In this document: in pieces, positions 20,201 through 30,333 of the stretch
How positions within the stretch are numbered: position 1 is the first letter of the stretch
How the letters are laid out: every line of letters begins with the position of its first letter
Assembly (NCBI GenBank): GCA_041937175.2
Contig: CP166615.1
Location: 1,248,001-1,312,000 of the forward strand
Direction: 5' to 3'
From: Limnothrix sp. BL-A-16
GTDB taxonomy: Bacteria; Cyanobacteriota; Cyanobacteriia; CACIAM-69d
DNA: 64,000 bases
Position numbers and translations under genes: made by a program
Notes under the pieces: model-generated
Databases searched by the model: none
Told to the model about the DNA's origin: nothing
What the model saw: the letters and a program-made list of their open reading frames with translations, nothing else

Positions 20201-21508
20201 ACTAGGCTCAAGGATGAGTTTTTGGCTAGTATGAGCCATGAGCTAAGAACGCCTCTTAATGCCATTTTGGGTATGTCGGAAAGCTTGCAGGAAGATATTT
20301 TTGGGCCAATTACGCCAGAACAAACGAAGGCCGTTGCCACCATTGAAAAAAGTGGGCGGCACTTGCTGGAGCTGATTAACGACATTCTGGATTTATCAAA
20401 AATTGAAGCCAATCGCCTGGAATTAGATTTGGATTTGGTTTCGGTTTGGGAGCTGTGCGAAAACAGTTTGGCTTTTGTGAAGCAGTTAGCCTCGCAGAAG
20501 AAGATTTCTCTGAAAGCCTCGATCGCTGAAAATTTGCGGGATTTGTCGATTCAAGTGGATGGGCGACGGATGCGACAAGTTTTAATCAACTTGTTGAGCA
20601 ATGCGGTCAAATTCACGCCGGATTCTGGGGCCGTTGAGCTGGTGGTGATGATGGAAGAAACATCGCAAAAACCACCCTATGAACCGCTCGATCGAGAACC
20701 GATTTCAGCATCCATTTCAGCGCCGATCGAAGCTTCAAATTCCCAAGCTTCAGGTTCCCAAACTTCAAATTCCCAAAGTTCCCATTCAGATTTTCGACCA
20801 GCCCAAATTTGCTTCACCGTTCGCGACACAGGCATTGGCATCGCGCCGGAAAACCTATCAAAACTGTTCCAATCTTTCGTACAAATTGACAGCCGCCTCA
20901 GCCGCCAATATGCAGGCACCGGCTTGGGCTTGGCGCTGGTTAAGCGCATTGCCGAATTGCACGGTGGCCGAGTCAGCGTCAGAAGCGAAGTGGGCCAGGG
21001 CAGTTGTTTTCAGGTGTATTTGCCCTGTTGGTCAAAGGGGCCAACGCGATCGCCCAGTTCTTCTGAAGTAGCCCCGGAACTCCATAGCTCACTGCCTGCT
21101 TGCAACGGAACCCAATTGATTGACCTGCAAGCGACTGAAACCGGTCAGCCATTAATTTTGTTGGCGGAAGATAACGAAGCCAACATCATGACGATTTCCA
21201 GCTATCTGAAGGCACAAAACTATCAGATTTTATCGGCCCAAAATGGACGAGAAGCTATCGAAATGGTGCGATCGCACCAACCCGCTTTGGTGTTAATGGA
21301 TATCCAAATGCCAGAAATGGATGGGCTGACTGCCATTGCCCAAATTCGCCAAGATCCCGACTTTCAATCCTTGCCGATCATTGCCTTGACGGCCCTCGCC
21401 ATGGCAGGCGACCAGGAACGGTGCTTGCAAGCGGGAGCCACCGCCTACTTGAACAAACCCGTAAAGCTCAAGCAATTGGCTAACATGATCCAGGAGTTAT
21501 TAAAGTAA
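17291..21508 (+). CDS. Hybrid sensor histidine kinase (pseudo-REC, PAS, GAF, several PAS, HisKA, HATPase, REC)
   Basis: FLASMSHELRTPLN, NLLSNAVKFT, DTGIGI and GTGLGL boxes; C-terminal LMDIQMPEMDG receiver. Confidence 0.95.
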   Translation: MKPVLSLLLFQASDEDVLSIIRELYHHHFNLSWKWVKNTKQLQIALAKQSWDLIISNHHDTGLSAFDVLKILQSSKRDIPLIVISEAIEDSLAVDLMQAGAVDCFVKGNTTRLPEVIRREIREAQIRREQRLGASQLEAVQERLQLAIESSGLGLWDWFIDRGEVTLNERWADMIGYTLEELAPIQLGTWQKYTHPEDWPKAVSALDSHFQNQTSAYECELRMRHRSGHWVWVLARGKVVERDATGRPLRITGTHLDITERKESESLLSKRERYLTAIVEIQKQLLSNHTDQNIYQTILEILGPIAGADRIYVFEKHQDRFGNSLISQHGEWCRPGIQSQLSNPQFQNLRCHPESSYCLARLTQGQLINSLVSDVSMSEFQALIAPEVAAVLMLPLMVGGQFFGFIGFDRVTPDLWDAIEINPLSSVAAAIALFKERELAVRALARLNQELEERVEQRTAALQDSEARLQAIIDFAPAVIYVKDLQGRHTLVNRSFLKFFGCTKREILGNTNQDLFEPELAKILDANDNEVYRLGRFQQYEEEVEINSRFYTFLSNKFLLLDRDWQPYGLCGISVNITSRKEAEKAIQRQLAMMEAAIDGIALIENGQLTYANQAHANLLGFDQVEELIGQPWQEFYAPLETERFEQHILPQLQRDRSWQGEAIARRKDGSTFYEGLSLTLSEDGTLICVCRDISHQKHTEAQLTSLSNRLALALQSAAIGTWEWNFQDEVQWDSRIREIYGWHNSDRDPTYQDWLSCLHPEDAMAMEALRQSIMNHQGELNLELRINRPNGEQRFVQCFAIIERDTNHQPLRMVGVNYDITEHKQAEHENQSLKERLEFVLSSNPAIIYTCQLGENYRFTFVSRNIESILGYPKEAFLHNHAFWLEHIHPEDLTYALDNLHNLNDLKHHVCEYRFLKSNGDYCWLHDEFRVVYDTQGKPLELVGYFADISDRKDTEEALKQTNAQLERATRLKDEFLASMSHELRTPLNAILGMSESLQEDIFGPITPEQTKAVATIEKSGRHLLELINDILDLSKIEANRLELDLDLVSVWELCENSLAFVKQLASQKKISLKASIAENLRDLSIQVDGRRMRQVLINLLSNAVKFTPDSGAVELVVMMEETSQKPPYEPLDREPISASISAPIEASNSQASGSQTSNSQSSHSDFRPAQICFTVRDTGIGIAPENLSKLFQSFVQIDSRLSRQYAGTGLGLALVKRIAELHGGRVSVRSEVGQGSCFQVYLPCWSKGPTRSPSSSEVAPELHSSLPACNGTQLIDLQATETGQPLILLAEDNEANIMTISSYLKAQNYQILSAQNGREAIEMVRSHQPALVLMDIQMPEMDGLTAIAQIRQDPDFQSLPIIALTALAMAGDQERCLQAGATAYLNKPVKLKQLANMIQELLK
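20731..20790 (+). repeat. 15-bp coding tandem repeat inside the HATPase domain (ASNSQ/ASGSQ/TSNSQ)
   Basis: GCTTCAAATTCCCAA GCTTCAGGTTCCCAA ACTTCAAATTCCCAA. Confidence 0.7.
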
Positions 21509-21547
21509 TAACCCAAAAATCTGAAGCTAAAAATTACCAATACCTTA

Positions 21548-21677
21548 GAGGATGTCTGAAAAGCCAAAATCGATACTCTGCACGCCCCATCGATCGACTT
21601 AGACAAGGGGCTTAAGCCCCTTGCCCCCACGACTACTGGTGCTTGCCCGTGCCAAAGAATACTTTTTAAACATCCTC
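21548..21677 (+). mobile_element. Family-1 MITE, 130 bp
   Basis: TIRs GAGGATGTCTGAAAAG / CTTTTTAAACATCCTC with TTA on both sides; central palindrome 21604-21623. Confidence 0.88.
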
Positions 21678-21680
21678 TTA

Positions 21681-21810
21681 GAGGATGTCTGAAAAGCCAA
21701 AATCAATACTCTGCACGCTCCATTGATCGACGAAGACAAGGGGCTTAAGCCCCTTGCCCCCACGACTACTGGTGCTTGCCCGTGCCAAAGAATACTTTTT
21801 AAACATCCTC
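21681..21810 (+). mobile_element. Family-1 MITE, 130 bp, head-to-tail with the previous copy and sharing one TTA
   Basis: Same TIRs; junction CATCCTC-TTA-GAGGATG; palindrome 21737-21756. Confidence 0.88.
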
Positions 21811-21838
21811 TTAGCAGCTATTTAAAAAGCCCGAGATC

Positions 21839-21948
21839 GATCGACGAAGACAAGGGGCTTAAGCCCCTTGCCCCCACGACTACTGGTGCTTGCCCGTGCC
21901 AAAGAATACTTTTTAAACATCCTCTTAGCAGCTATTTAAAAAGCCCGA
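21839..21948 (+). repeat. 114-bp-period tandem duplicate of the MITE 3' part plus 24 bp of flank
   Basis: 21725-21834 is repeated at 21839-21948; palindrome 21851-21870. Confidence 0.88.
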
Positions 21949-22044
21949 AACTGAATTTGGGCATGTTTCGCGTTATTAAGTCATGCCGAATATCCTAATC
22001 TAGAACTAAATGAAACCTTGAATAGGCTTGCTACATCGCCAACC

Positions 22045-23247
22045 ATGACCCTCGACCCCCTATCTTGGACTGATTTAGCAGCGCTGACCCAATGGCAACC
22101 GAACTTAGTCCATGGGCCCACCAATTCCCAAGCAAAATTGCGACTCTTTGGGCAACCGGACGCTGAACCCCGTGTCACGCTCTATCGCGATCACCACGCT
22201 TGGTGTCCCTATTGCCAAAAGGTTTGGCTTTGGCTAGAGGAAAAACAAATTCCTTACCGAGTTGAAAAGGTCACGATGTTTTGCTATGGCCAAAAGGAGC
22301 AATGGTATAAACACAAAGTGCCCTCGGGCATGTTGCCGGCCCTGGAACTAGATGGGCATTTGATCACGGAAAGTGATGATATTTTGCTGGCTTTGGAACA
22401 GGCATTTGGGCCATTGGTCTATGGCATGGAATCGGCGCTGGTGTTGCCTTTGCGTCGCTTGGAACGATTGCTGTTTCGGGCTTGGTGCTCGTGGCTTTGC
22501 TACCCAACCTTATCGGAGCAGCAGGAGGCTCGAAATCGGCGGCAATTTTTGGAGGTGGTGACCTCCGTTGAGGCGGCCTTGGCGGCAACTCCTGGGCCTT
22601 ATTTCTTAGATCAGTTCAGTGCAGCGGATGTGATTTTTACGCCCTATGTGGAGCGGATGAATGCCAGTTTGTTTTACTACAAAGGCTATTCATTACGGGA
22701 AGAAAATCCTCGCTTGAAAGATTGGTTTGCGGCGATGGAAACTCGATCGACCTATCGCGGAACCCAAAGCGACTTTCACACCCACGCCCATGATTTACCG
22801 CCACAAATGGGCGGCTGTTGGGAAAATCAAGATCCCCAAACTGCCATGAATCAAACCAAGGTGGATCATGGCCCTTGGTTTGGATTGCCGGATGCAACCT
22901 ATGAGGAACCAGACACGGCCCGATCGGAGGCCCTATTTCGGGTGGTGAAGCATCGGGCGAATTTAATTCGGGTGAATCCCAGTCACGATGAGCTGGTGGA
23001 TCAGGCGCTGCGCTGTGCCCTGACTCGGCTGATGACGGGTGAGGTTTGTGTGCCGCCGCCGGGGTCGGATGTGGCATTGCGATATCTGCGCGATCGAATC
23101 AGCGTGCCTCGGGATATGTCGATTTATGCGGCGAAATATCTGCGTGAAGCCCTGGAAGCGACGGCGGCTTTGGCGGGCGATCGCCAGGGGCCACCGATTC
23201 CCACCAAGCACCGCCGCGATCAGGATCCAGCGAATTTCTTGCGCTGA
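22045..23247 (+). CDS. Glutathione S-transferase family protein
   Basis: [26 protein letters not shown] and TESDDIL motifs. Confidence 0.92.
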   Translation: MTLDPLSWTDLAALTQWQPNLVHGPTNSQAKLRLFGQPDAEPRVTLYRDHHAWCPYCQKVWLWLEEKQIPYRVEKVTMFCYGQKEQWYKHKVPSGMLPALELDGHLITESDDILLALEQAFGPLVYGMESALVLPLRRLERLLFRAWCSWLCYPTLSEQQEARNRRQFLEVVTSVEAALAATPGPYFLDQFSAADVIFTPYVERMNASLFYYKGYSLREENPRLKDWFAAMETRSTYRGTQSDFHTHAHDLPPQMGGCWENQDPQTAMNQTKVDHGPWFGLPDATYEEPDTARSEALFRVVKHRANLIRVNPSHDELVDQALRCALTRLMTGEVCVPPPGSDVALRYLRDRISVPRDMSIYAAKYLREALEATAALAGDRQGPPIPTKHRRDQDPANFLR

Positions 23248-23275
23248 GGATGGATCAAGGGTGGTTGGGGACAGC

Positions 23276-24850
23276 TTAGTTGGGACACGATCGCACCCCA
23301 TACAGCCACAGCACCACCTGATCCAGTGCGGCCCGCAGGTCACGGGTGGGGGTGTTGGCGTGGTCAATCATCAAACTGAAGGCCACGGGCCCCCATTCGG
23401 GATGATCCAGGTAGCCAGACAGGGCCACCACGCCGGTCAGCGTACCGGTTTTGGCCCGCAACCGGCCCACTAGGGGCGTGTCCCGAAAGCGGCTGGCCAA
23501 CGTGCCGGTTTCCCCCGCGATCGGCAGGGAATTTTCGTAAATCTGGGCATGGGGCGATCGAGCCATGATTGTCAGCAGTTGCACGATCGCCTCGGGGCTA
23601 ACCAAGTTTTGGCGCGACAGGCCCGCACCATCCACCAGCCGATAGGCCGCCGGATCCAAACCCAAGTCCGTCAAAACGGTTGTCAGCCGCTCCATGGGGC
23701 GATCGGGATCCAACCAACGCAAAAGGGCCTCCGCCCCCAGATTATCGCTGGCCTGGTTTACCTGGCTGATCACCGCCGCCAGGTTGGCCGATGCCAGTTC
23801 CGCCGTGGGCTGTCCCAAGGGCGCGGGCGGATTCCGCAGATTCACGATCGGGACAACGGGCGGATTCCGAAACCGATCGTAGGCAGGGGCAGGCAGGGGG
23901 GACATTTCCAAGGGCGATCGCTGCCAATTCACGGTCGGCGGCGACGGTGAAGTCACCAACGGGCGCGATCTCACCTGGCGAAAAAATTGCTCCGACAGGC
24001 GATCGGCCATGAGCCAAGCAAATTGTTGGCCCGGCTGGGGATGGGCCACTTCCGCCTGAGCCGATGTGCCCATGGGCAACCCCCCAGTGAACAGAATCAA
24101 TCCCGTTTGTCGATCGCGCTGCAATTGCCAGGTCGGTTCCGCGTCGGCCGGCAAGGCCTGAAATCCCCGAGGCTGAAACCAATTCAACAATCCTTCCACT
24201 GGCTCTTGGGTTTGCACTTCCAAACTGGGCGCGCCGTCCAAAACCTGGGGGCGAAAGGTCAAGGAAACGGCGTTGCGATCGACCATGGCCCGGTTCACCA
24301 CGGGCGCATAACCATAGGTCAAATCATCCCATTCCCAACTGGGCGGGGTTTCTGGGCGATCGAACACCACCACATCCAGGGACTCCGTGGGTGGGTGCAA
24401 CGTCGCCAGGCGATCGGCCCAGGCCTGGAGCTGTTGGTGGGTGACGGTGGGGTCGCCACCGGGCACAATCCACCAGGCGGGCCGGGGTTGAGTAGCGCTT
24501 TTGGGTCGCCAATAGGCCCTTGTGGGCGATCGAAACTCGGGGCCCAACGCCGCCAGGGCCGCCGCCGTAGAAAACAACTTGGCGTTGGAGGCCGGCACAA
24601 AGAATTGCTGAGCTTGGCCCTGAATTAAGGTTTGGGGATTGGCAGGATCCAAAGTGCGGGCCAGGAATCCCCAGTGCGATCGGGCCCAACGGGGATCCTG
24701 TTGCCATTGGGAGATCGCGGAGGGCAAGTCCGCCAAGCAACGGGGTTGGGCTAGCTCCTTGGCCCCGGCAGTTCCAGCGCTCAACAGCCCGATCGCCCCG
24801 ATCGCCGTCAACCCTTGAACAGCCCAGCGTCCCTTGATTCGATCGTCCAT
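23276..24850 (-). CDS. dacB: D-Ala-D-Ala carboxypeptidase/endopeptidase (PBP4, peptidase S13)
   Basis: PASNAK (SxxK), SDN (SxN) and AKTGTL (KTG); signal-peptide-like N-terminus; start uncertain. Confidence 0.92.
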   Translation of the reverse strand: MDDRIKGRWAVQGLTAIGAIGLLSAGTAGAKELAQPRCLADLPSAISQWQQDPRWARSHWGFLARTLDPANPQTLIQGQAQQFFVPASNAKLFSTAAALAALGPEFRSPTRAYWRPKSATQPRPAWWIVPGGDPTVTHQQLQAWADRLATLHPPTESLDVVVFDRPETPPSWEWDDLTYGYAPVVNRAMVDRNAVSLTFRPQVLDGAPSLEVQTQEPVEGLLNWFQPRGFQALPADAEPTWQLQRDRQTGLILFTGGLPMGTSAQAEVAHPQPGQQFAWLMADRLSEQFFRQVRSRPLVTSPSPPTVNWQRSPLEMSPLPAPAYDRFRNPPVVPIVNLRNPPAPLGQPTAELASANLAAVISQVNQASDNLGAEALLRWLDPDRPMERLTTVLTDLGLDPAAYRLVDGAGLSRQNLVSPEAIVQLLTIMARSPHAQIYENSLPIAGETGTLASRFRDTPLVGRLRAKTGTLTGVVALSGYLDHPEWGPVAFSLMIDHANTPTRDLRAALDQVVLWLYGVRSCPN

Positions 24851-25213
24851 GACAATGTTTATTGACAAGATCTACACAAGATCTACATGAAAACGCTCAT
24901 TAACCGTCCATTAGACTGCAATTCGCTCACCGGGCTTCAGCGCCAACTCAGCTCTAACTCAACGCCTAGTCAAGTCCCAATCCAGATCCAAATCCAGATC
25001 CAATTCAGATCTAAGTTGCAGCCATGACAGATTGCTCCCGTCGCCGCCCCCTACAATAGGAGGCAGTCGAGCTTCTGAACCGCCTTCCCAGTTCTAGGCG
25101 ATCAATCCTCCTAATCTCATTGGTAGCCATCCTGCCAGGGCGATCGACCCGATCGCGCCCCCCATTTTCACTGCCCCATCCAACTGATCGCCGTTTTCGA
25201 TTTTTCCTAATTT

Positions 25214-26344
25214 ATGGAGTTTCAGCTCACCGAACGCCAAGAGCGCATTTTGTTCGCCACCATCCGTCACTACATCTCCACGGCCGAGCCAGTGGGGTCA
25301 AAGGTGCTGGTGGAAGAATATCAACTGGATGCGAGTCCGGCGACGGTGCGAAATGCCATGGGGGCCTTGGAAAAGGCCGGCTTGCTCTACCAACCCCACA
25401 CGTCGGCCGGGCGCGTCCCATCGGACTCGGGCTATCGAGTCTATGTCGATCGCTGCGCCGTCCCGTCCGATCGCACAGCCCAAAAGGTGAATCAGCTCCT
25501 GAGCGATCGCCTGGATGCTTCGTCGCCCCACTTGGAAGTGTTGCTGAAGGGAGCGGCCCAGTTGTTGGCTCGCCTCAGCGGTTGCATTGCGGCGATCGCC
25601 CTGCCCCAAACCCGCACGGTTCAAGTGCGCCATGTGCGACTGCTGCCCATGGAGGTCGATCGGGTGATGCTGTTGGTGGTGACGGATGATTACCAAAGCC
25701 ATTCCGCGATCGTGCCCTTACCGAACACCGAAGAAGCTCCCCTCCCGGATCCAGAAACCCTGGAGCGGGAATTGGTAATTTTGTCCAACTTTTTGGATGC
25801 TCGCTTGCGGGATCACTCCCTCTTGGCCGTGGCCCATCTGGATTGGGATGAGCTGGGCCGGGAGTTCGATCGCCGGGGCCAAGCTCTGCGGGAAGCTTTG
25901 ATTCATTTGGCGCGCCGGGCCCAAACCCCGATCGCCACCCGAATTTTGATTAGCGGCGTGTCGGAGGTGTTGCGCCAACCGGAGTTTTCGGAGCTGCAAC
26001 AGGTGCAAACCCTGATTCATTTGCTAGAAGCGGAACAGGATCAACTGTGGTCGCTGATTTTTGATGAGCCGGAAGATGAGCGCCGGGTGCGCATTCGCAT
26101 TGGCATGGAAAACCCCTGGGAACCCATTCAGGGTTACACGCTCATTTCTTCCCTCTATGGCAACGGCCGATCACCCCTTGGCAGCGTGGGCATTTTGGGC
26201 CCCACCCGGCTGGATTACGATCGGGCGATCGCGGCCGTGGGAGCCACCGCCGACTATCTATCCGAGGTCATGGGCGCGTCGGGATCGGAACTGCTAGCAG
26301 GTCGCTACCACCCGGCGATCGGCAACCCCGACAGTCCCAGTTAA
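25214..26344 (+). CDS. hrcA: Heat-inducible transcription repressor
   Basis: YISTAEPVGSK, SPATVRNAM, QPHTSAGRVPSD.GYR and GILGPTRLDY. Confidence 0.97.
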   Translation: MEFQLTERQERILFATIRHYISTAEPVGSKVLVEEYQLDASPATVRNAMGALEKAGLLYQPHTSAGRVPSDSGYRVYVDRCAVPSDRTAQKVNQLLSDRLDASSPHLEVLLKGAAQLLARLSGCIAAIALPQTRTVQVRHVRLLPMEVDRVMLLVVTDDYQSHSAIVPLPNTEEAPLPDPETLERELVILSNFLDARLRDHSLLAVAHLDWDELGREFDRRGQALREALIHLARRAQTPIATRILISGVSEVLRQPEFSELQQVQTLIHLLEAEQDQLWSLIFDEPEDERRVRIRIGMENPWEPIQGYTLISSLYGNGRSPLGSVGILGPTRLDYDRAIAAVGATADYLSEVMGASGSELLAGRYHPAIGNPDSPS

Positions 26345-26489
26345 CTGCGCCCAATCCATGGACATCAGCGCTTGAGACGAGGAGTGAGAGTGGTTACCAG
26401 ACCCGATCGCCCAGGGCGCTTCCGGGTGCAACGAACGGCCCCGCCCGTGGCAAGATAGGGGCGATCGATTCGCAGGAGCAACGACCATC

Positions 26490-27443
26490 TTGGAAGTGAC
26501 GTTTTTGGGCACGAGTTCTGGCGTACCGACCCGATCGCGCAACGTTTCCAGTTTGGTGTTGCGGTTGCCTCAGCGGGCCGAAGCTTGGTTATTTGACTGT
26601 GGCGAAGGCACGCAACATCAGCTTTTGCGCAGTGAAGTGCGATCGAGCCAAATCACCCGCATTTTCATCACCCACATGCATGGGGATCATATCTTTGGGT
26701 TGATGGGATTGTTGGCCAGTTCTGGCTTGGCGGGGCAACCTCACCCGATCGATCTCTATGGGCCCGCTGGCCTCTCGGACTATCTCAAAGCCTGTCAGCG
26801 CTATTCCCAAACCCGGTTTTCTTTTCCCGTCAAAGTCCACACCGTGGAACCGGGCAAGATTTTTGAAGACGACGAGTTCACGGTGCATTGCCAACTGCTG
26901 GAGCACCGGGTTCCGGCCTACGGTTACGCGGTCACGGAAAAAGATCGCCCCGGCCGGTTCGACATCGACAAAGCCCGCGCCCTGGAAATTCCCGCCGGCC
27001 CGGTCTACGGCCGCCTGAAGCGCGGCGAAACCGTCACCCTGCCCGATGGCCGCACGATCAACGGCCAAACCCTCTGTGCGCCGCCAGAGCCAGGACGTAA
27101 ATGGGTTTATTGCACCGATACGATTTTTTGTGAGCGATCGATCGAGCTAGCCCAGGATGCCGATGTGCTGATCCACGAGGCCACCTTTGCCCACGCAGAT
27201 TCACAATTGGCCTTTGAGCGGCTCCATTCCACCACCACCATGGCCGCCCAAGTGGCCTTGGCGGCGCAGGTCAAAACCCTGATCATCACGCACTTCAGCC
27301 CCCGCTATGCCCCGGGCAACGCGATCGACTTCCACGATTTGCTGAACGAAGCCCGAATGATTTTTCCCAACACGGAAATGGCCAAGGACTTTTGGAGCTA
27401 TGAAGTGCCCCGCCGCCGGGCGATCGACCTAGCCTCTGCTTAG
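26490..27443 (+). CDS. rnz: Ribonuclease Z
   Basis: FLGTSSGVPT..RN, FDCGEGTQ, THMHGDH, HEAT and THFSPRY; TTG start. Confidence 0.96.
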   Translation: MEVTFLGTSSGVPTRSRNVSSLVLRLPQRAEAWLFDCGEGTQHQLLRSEVRSSQITRIFITHMHGDHIFGLMGLLASSGLAGQPHPIDLYGPAGLSDYLKACQRYSQTRFSFPVKVHTVEPGKIFEDDEFTVHCQLLEHRVPAYGYAVTEKDRPGRFDIDKARALEIPAGPVYGRLKRGETVTLPDGRTINGQTLCAPPEPGRKWVYCTDTIFCERSIELAQDADVLIHEATFAHADSQLAFERLHSTTTMAAQVALAAQVKTLIITHFSPRYAPGNAIDFHDLLNEARMIFPNTEMAKDFWSYEVPRRRAIDLASA

Positions 27444-27483
27444 GGTTAATCAGCGGTTAAATAACAGCAATCAACCCAGAGCC

Positions 27484-27565
27484 AGTTAACGCTGGTTAAC
27501 AACACTGGTTAACAACACTGATTAACGCCGGTTAAGCGTCGGTGATTAACATCGATCCATATTAA
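27484..27565. repeat. Degenerate short tandem repeats of about 13 bp built on GTTAAC
   Basis: CTGGTTAACAACA CTGGTTAACAACA CTGATTAAC GCCGGTTAAG... Confidence 0.6.
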
Positions 27566-27682
27566 TCAGTGCCAATCAACCGATCAATTGGCGATGCCTC
27601 AGATCGATCGAGTCTGTGCGCCATGACCCGCCGAATTGCGAGTCGCACGGTATAGTTACCCCAATCCGTTTTTCGCGCAACC

Positions 27683-29107
27683 ATGTACGACAAGATTACG
27701 CCCCCCACCGTTGGTGAAAAAATTCGCTTTGAAAACGGTCAGCCGATCGTTCCCGACAACCCGATCGTTCCCTTCATTCGCGGAGACGGCACAGGCGTTG
27801 ACCTTTGGCCCGCCAGCCAACGCGTGCTCGATGCGGCGATCGAAAAAGCCTACGGTGGTCAGCGCAAAATCTCCTGGTTCAAGGTCTATGCGGGCGACGA
27901 AGCCTGCGAAGTCTACGGAACCTATCAATACCTTCCCGAAGATACCCTCACGGCCATTCGGGAATATGGCATAGCGATTAAAGGCCCCCTCACGACTCCC
28001 GTGGGCGGCGGCATTCGATCGCTCAACGTGGCCCTGCGGCAAATTTTTGATCTCTACGCCTGCGTTCGGCCCTGTAAGTATTACAACGGCACGCCCTCTC
28101 CCCATAAAAGCCCCGAAAAACTGGACGTGATTATCTATCGGGAAAACACCGAAGATATCTACCTCGGCATTGAGTGGAAACAGGGCACTCCCGGCTGCGA
28201 TCAATTGATTGATTTTCTAAACAATCAACTGATTCCCGAAACTCCGGAACTGAAAAACAAACAGATTCGGTTAGATTCCGGCATCAGCATCAAACCCATC
28301 AGCATCACCGGTTCCCAGCGCCTGGTTCGCCGGGCCATTGAAAACGCCCTGCGGTTGCCCAAACATAAACAGGCCGTGACCTTGGTACACAAGGGCAACA
28401 TTATGAAATACACCGAAGGAGCCTTCCGGGATTGGGGCTATGCGGTGGCAACCGGTGAATTTCGCGCCGAATGCGTGACTGAGCGGGAATCGTGGATTCT
28501 GAGCAATAAAGAGAAAAATCCTGACCTGTCGATCGAGGACAACGCCAAGCTGATTGACCCCGGCTATGACAGTTACCCCGCCGAAAAACGGGAAGTCATT
28601 TGCCAAGAAGTGCGCGAAGTTCTGGAAGCAATTTGGGACAGCCACGGCAACGGCCAATGGAAGGAAAAAGTGATGGTCAACGATCGGATCGCTGACAACA
28701 TTTTCCAACAGATTCAAATTCGCCCCGATGAATATTCAATTCTGGCGACCATGAACCTGAATGGTGATTATTTGTCCGATGCGGCCGCCGCGATCGCGGG
28801 TGGTTTGGGCATGGCTCCGGGGGCCAACATTGGTGACAATGCGGCCATTTTTGAAGCCACCCACGGCACTGCGCCCAAATATGCCGGATTGGATCAGCTC
28901 AATCCAGGATCGGTGATTTTGTCCGGCGTAATGATGTTGGAATTCATGGGCTGGCAAGAGGCGGCCGATCTGATTAAGACCGGTTTGGCCAAGTCGATCG
29001 AACAGCGGGAAGTGACCTATGATTTGGCTCGGCAGATGGAGCCGCCCGTTAACCCACCGCTCAAGTGCTCGGAATTTGCCAGCGCCATCATCAAAAACCT
29101 TGGCTAG
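27683..29107 (+). CDS. icd: NADP-dependent isocitrate dehydrogenase
   Basis: [39 protein letters not shown] and [10 protein letters not shown]. Confidence 0.98.
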   Translation: MYDKITPPTVGEKIRFENGQPIVPDNPIVPFIRGDGTGVDLWPASQRVLDAAIEKAYGGQRKISWFKVYAGDEACEVYGTYQYLPEDTLTAIREYGIAIKGPLTTPVGGGIRSLNVALRQIFDLYACVRPCKYYNGTPSPHKSPEKLDVIIYRENTEDIYLGIEWKQGTPGCDQLIDFLNNQLIPETPELKNKQIRLDSGISIKPISITGSQRLVRRAIENALRLPKHKQAVTLVHKGNIMKYTEGAFRDWGYAVATGEFRAECVTERESWILSNKEKNPDLSIEDNAKLIDPGYDSYPAEKREVICQEVREVLEAIWDSHGNGQWKEKVMVNDRIADNIFQQIQIRPDEYSILATMNLNGDYLSDAAAAIAGGLGMAPGANIGDNAAIFEATHGTAPKYAGLDQLNPGSVILSGVMMLEFMGWQEAADLIKTGLAKSIEQREVTYDLARQMEPPVNPPLKCSEFASAIIKNLG

Positions 29108-29122
29108 AGAAAACTACAGCTA

Positions 29123-29352
29123 GGGCCTGTCGTCATTTTCTGGAAGCACGTGAAAGCGGTTAAGTCTCCATCCCCTAACCGCCTTAGGCAAGGGGTTTAA
29201 GCTCTGTTGTCATTCTCTGGGATCCAGTGAAAACGGTTGATCTTCCACAATCCAACCACCCTAGACAAGGGGCTTAAGCCCCTTGCTCCCACGATCCGCC
29301 AACCGTGGAATCAGGGTTTCAGGCGATTTGACGACAAGCCCTAAGCCCCTTA
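29123..29352 (+). mobile_element. Family-2 MITE-like locus: an inner copy (29200-29341) nested in the palindrome of an outer copy
   Basis: Ends GGGCCTGTCGTCA (29123), AGCTCTGTTGTCA (29200) and TGACGACAAGCCC (29329-29341). TA duplicated at 29198-29199 and 29342-29343. Split palindrome halves at 29189-29199 and 29342-29352; intact palindrome at 29266-29285. Confidence 0.75.
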
Positions 29353-29503
29353 TCCCTCATGAGATCATTACGATGGCTCGATCGGCCCTCAACCTAATCG
29401 CCCTAAACCATCACTGGTCAATCATGGCTGACCAATTTCAATCTCGATTCCCAATTCATTTAATACCAATCAGCATGAACCCTGGAACTTCAAAGCGACT
29501 GGC

Positions 29504-29549
29504 TTTGATGGCGACTATTTGATGGCGACTATTTGATGGCGATTATTGA
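29504..29549. repeat. 14-bp tandem repeat x3
   Basis: TTTGATGGCGACTA TTTGATGGCGACTA TTTGATGGCGATTA. Confidence 0.75.
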
Positions 29550-29828
29550 ATGCCGATCGATGGTATAAACCATGACTTCATAGCCCAAATTGAGTTAATT
29601 TCAAAGCAGCCTGTTGTTGGCAATTTTCTTGAAATTGGCCGAAGTGTCTGCAAAAGATGCTGTTAAGTTCTGGTTTATACAATTAGTCGCCTGTTTCTAA
29701 AAGTCGGGTTATGGTGATGAAGAATTCCTTCACAGGGGTTTCTTTTCGGTCAATCTCGATCAAATTCAATTAATTGCAGTTTGCTGCGGTCTTTCACCCC
29801 TTTTGAACAGAAGCGTGATTTGGAACGA

Positions 29829-30167
29829 ATGCTAATGGATACCGTGACTGTGCAAGATTTAGCAGCCTATTTGCGCGAACCGACCGGACTGGTGCAACTG
29901 GTGGATGTGCGGGAACCCCAAGAATTGGCCTTGTCGCAACTCCCTGGATTTATTAATTTGCCCCTGAGTGAATATGAGCAATGGAGCACCATGATCGAGT
30001 CAATCCTGAACTTTGATCAGGAAACCTGGGTGATCTGTCACCACGGGTTGCGATCGGCTCAAATGTGTCAGTGGCTGGAGGGGAAGGGTTGTCAAATCGT
30101 GAAAAACATCACAGGCGGCATTCATGCCTATGCGCTGGAGATCGATCGCTCAGTGCCCCTTTACTAG
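29829..30167 (+). CDS. Rhodanese-like domain protein
   Basis: LVDVREPQE, CHHGLRS and NITGGIHAY...IDRSVPLY; start 29829 or 29835. Confidence 0.9.
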   Translation: MLMDTVTVQDLAAYLREPTGLVQLVDVREPQELALSQLPGFINLPLSEYEQWSTMIESILNFDQETWVICHHGLRSAQMCQWLEGKGCQIVKNITGGIHAYALEIDRSVPLY

Positions 30168-30214
30168 GTTTTCTCTGGAGTTACTGAGGTCTTTCAACTA
30201 AACAGAACGCGATT

Positions 30215-30320
30215 TGATTGGCTGAAATTGGCTGAAGTTAATTGACGTGATCTGAAGTTGCTGAAATTGGCTGAATGATCTGAAGCTGCTGAAGTGACTT
30301 GAGTTGCCCTGAGTTGATCC
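30215..30320. repeat. Degenerate 9-10 bp repeats between convergent genes
   Basis: Repeated GCTGAA(A/G)TT units. Confidence 0.55.
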
Positions 30321-30333
30321 CACACCACAGAAC

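Noticed and set aside
21545..21948. CRISPR array (regularly spaced palindromic repeats; likewise 9265-9398 and 14270-14443)
   Set aside because: The sequences between repeats are near-identical rather than unique spacers, the units have TIRs and TTA duplications, and there are no cas genes
27640..27665. NtcA site upstream of icd
   Set aside because: GTATAGTTAC has GTA-N4-TAC spacing, not GTA-N8-TAC
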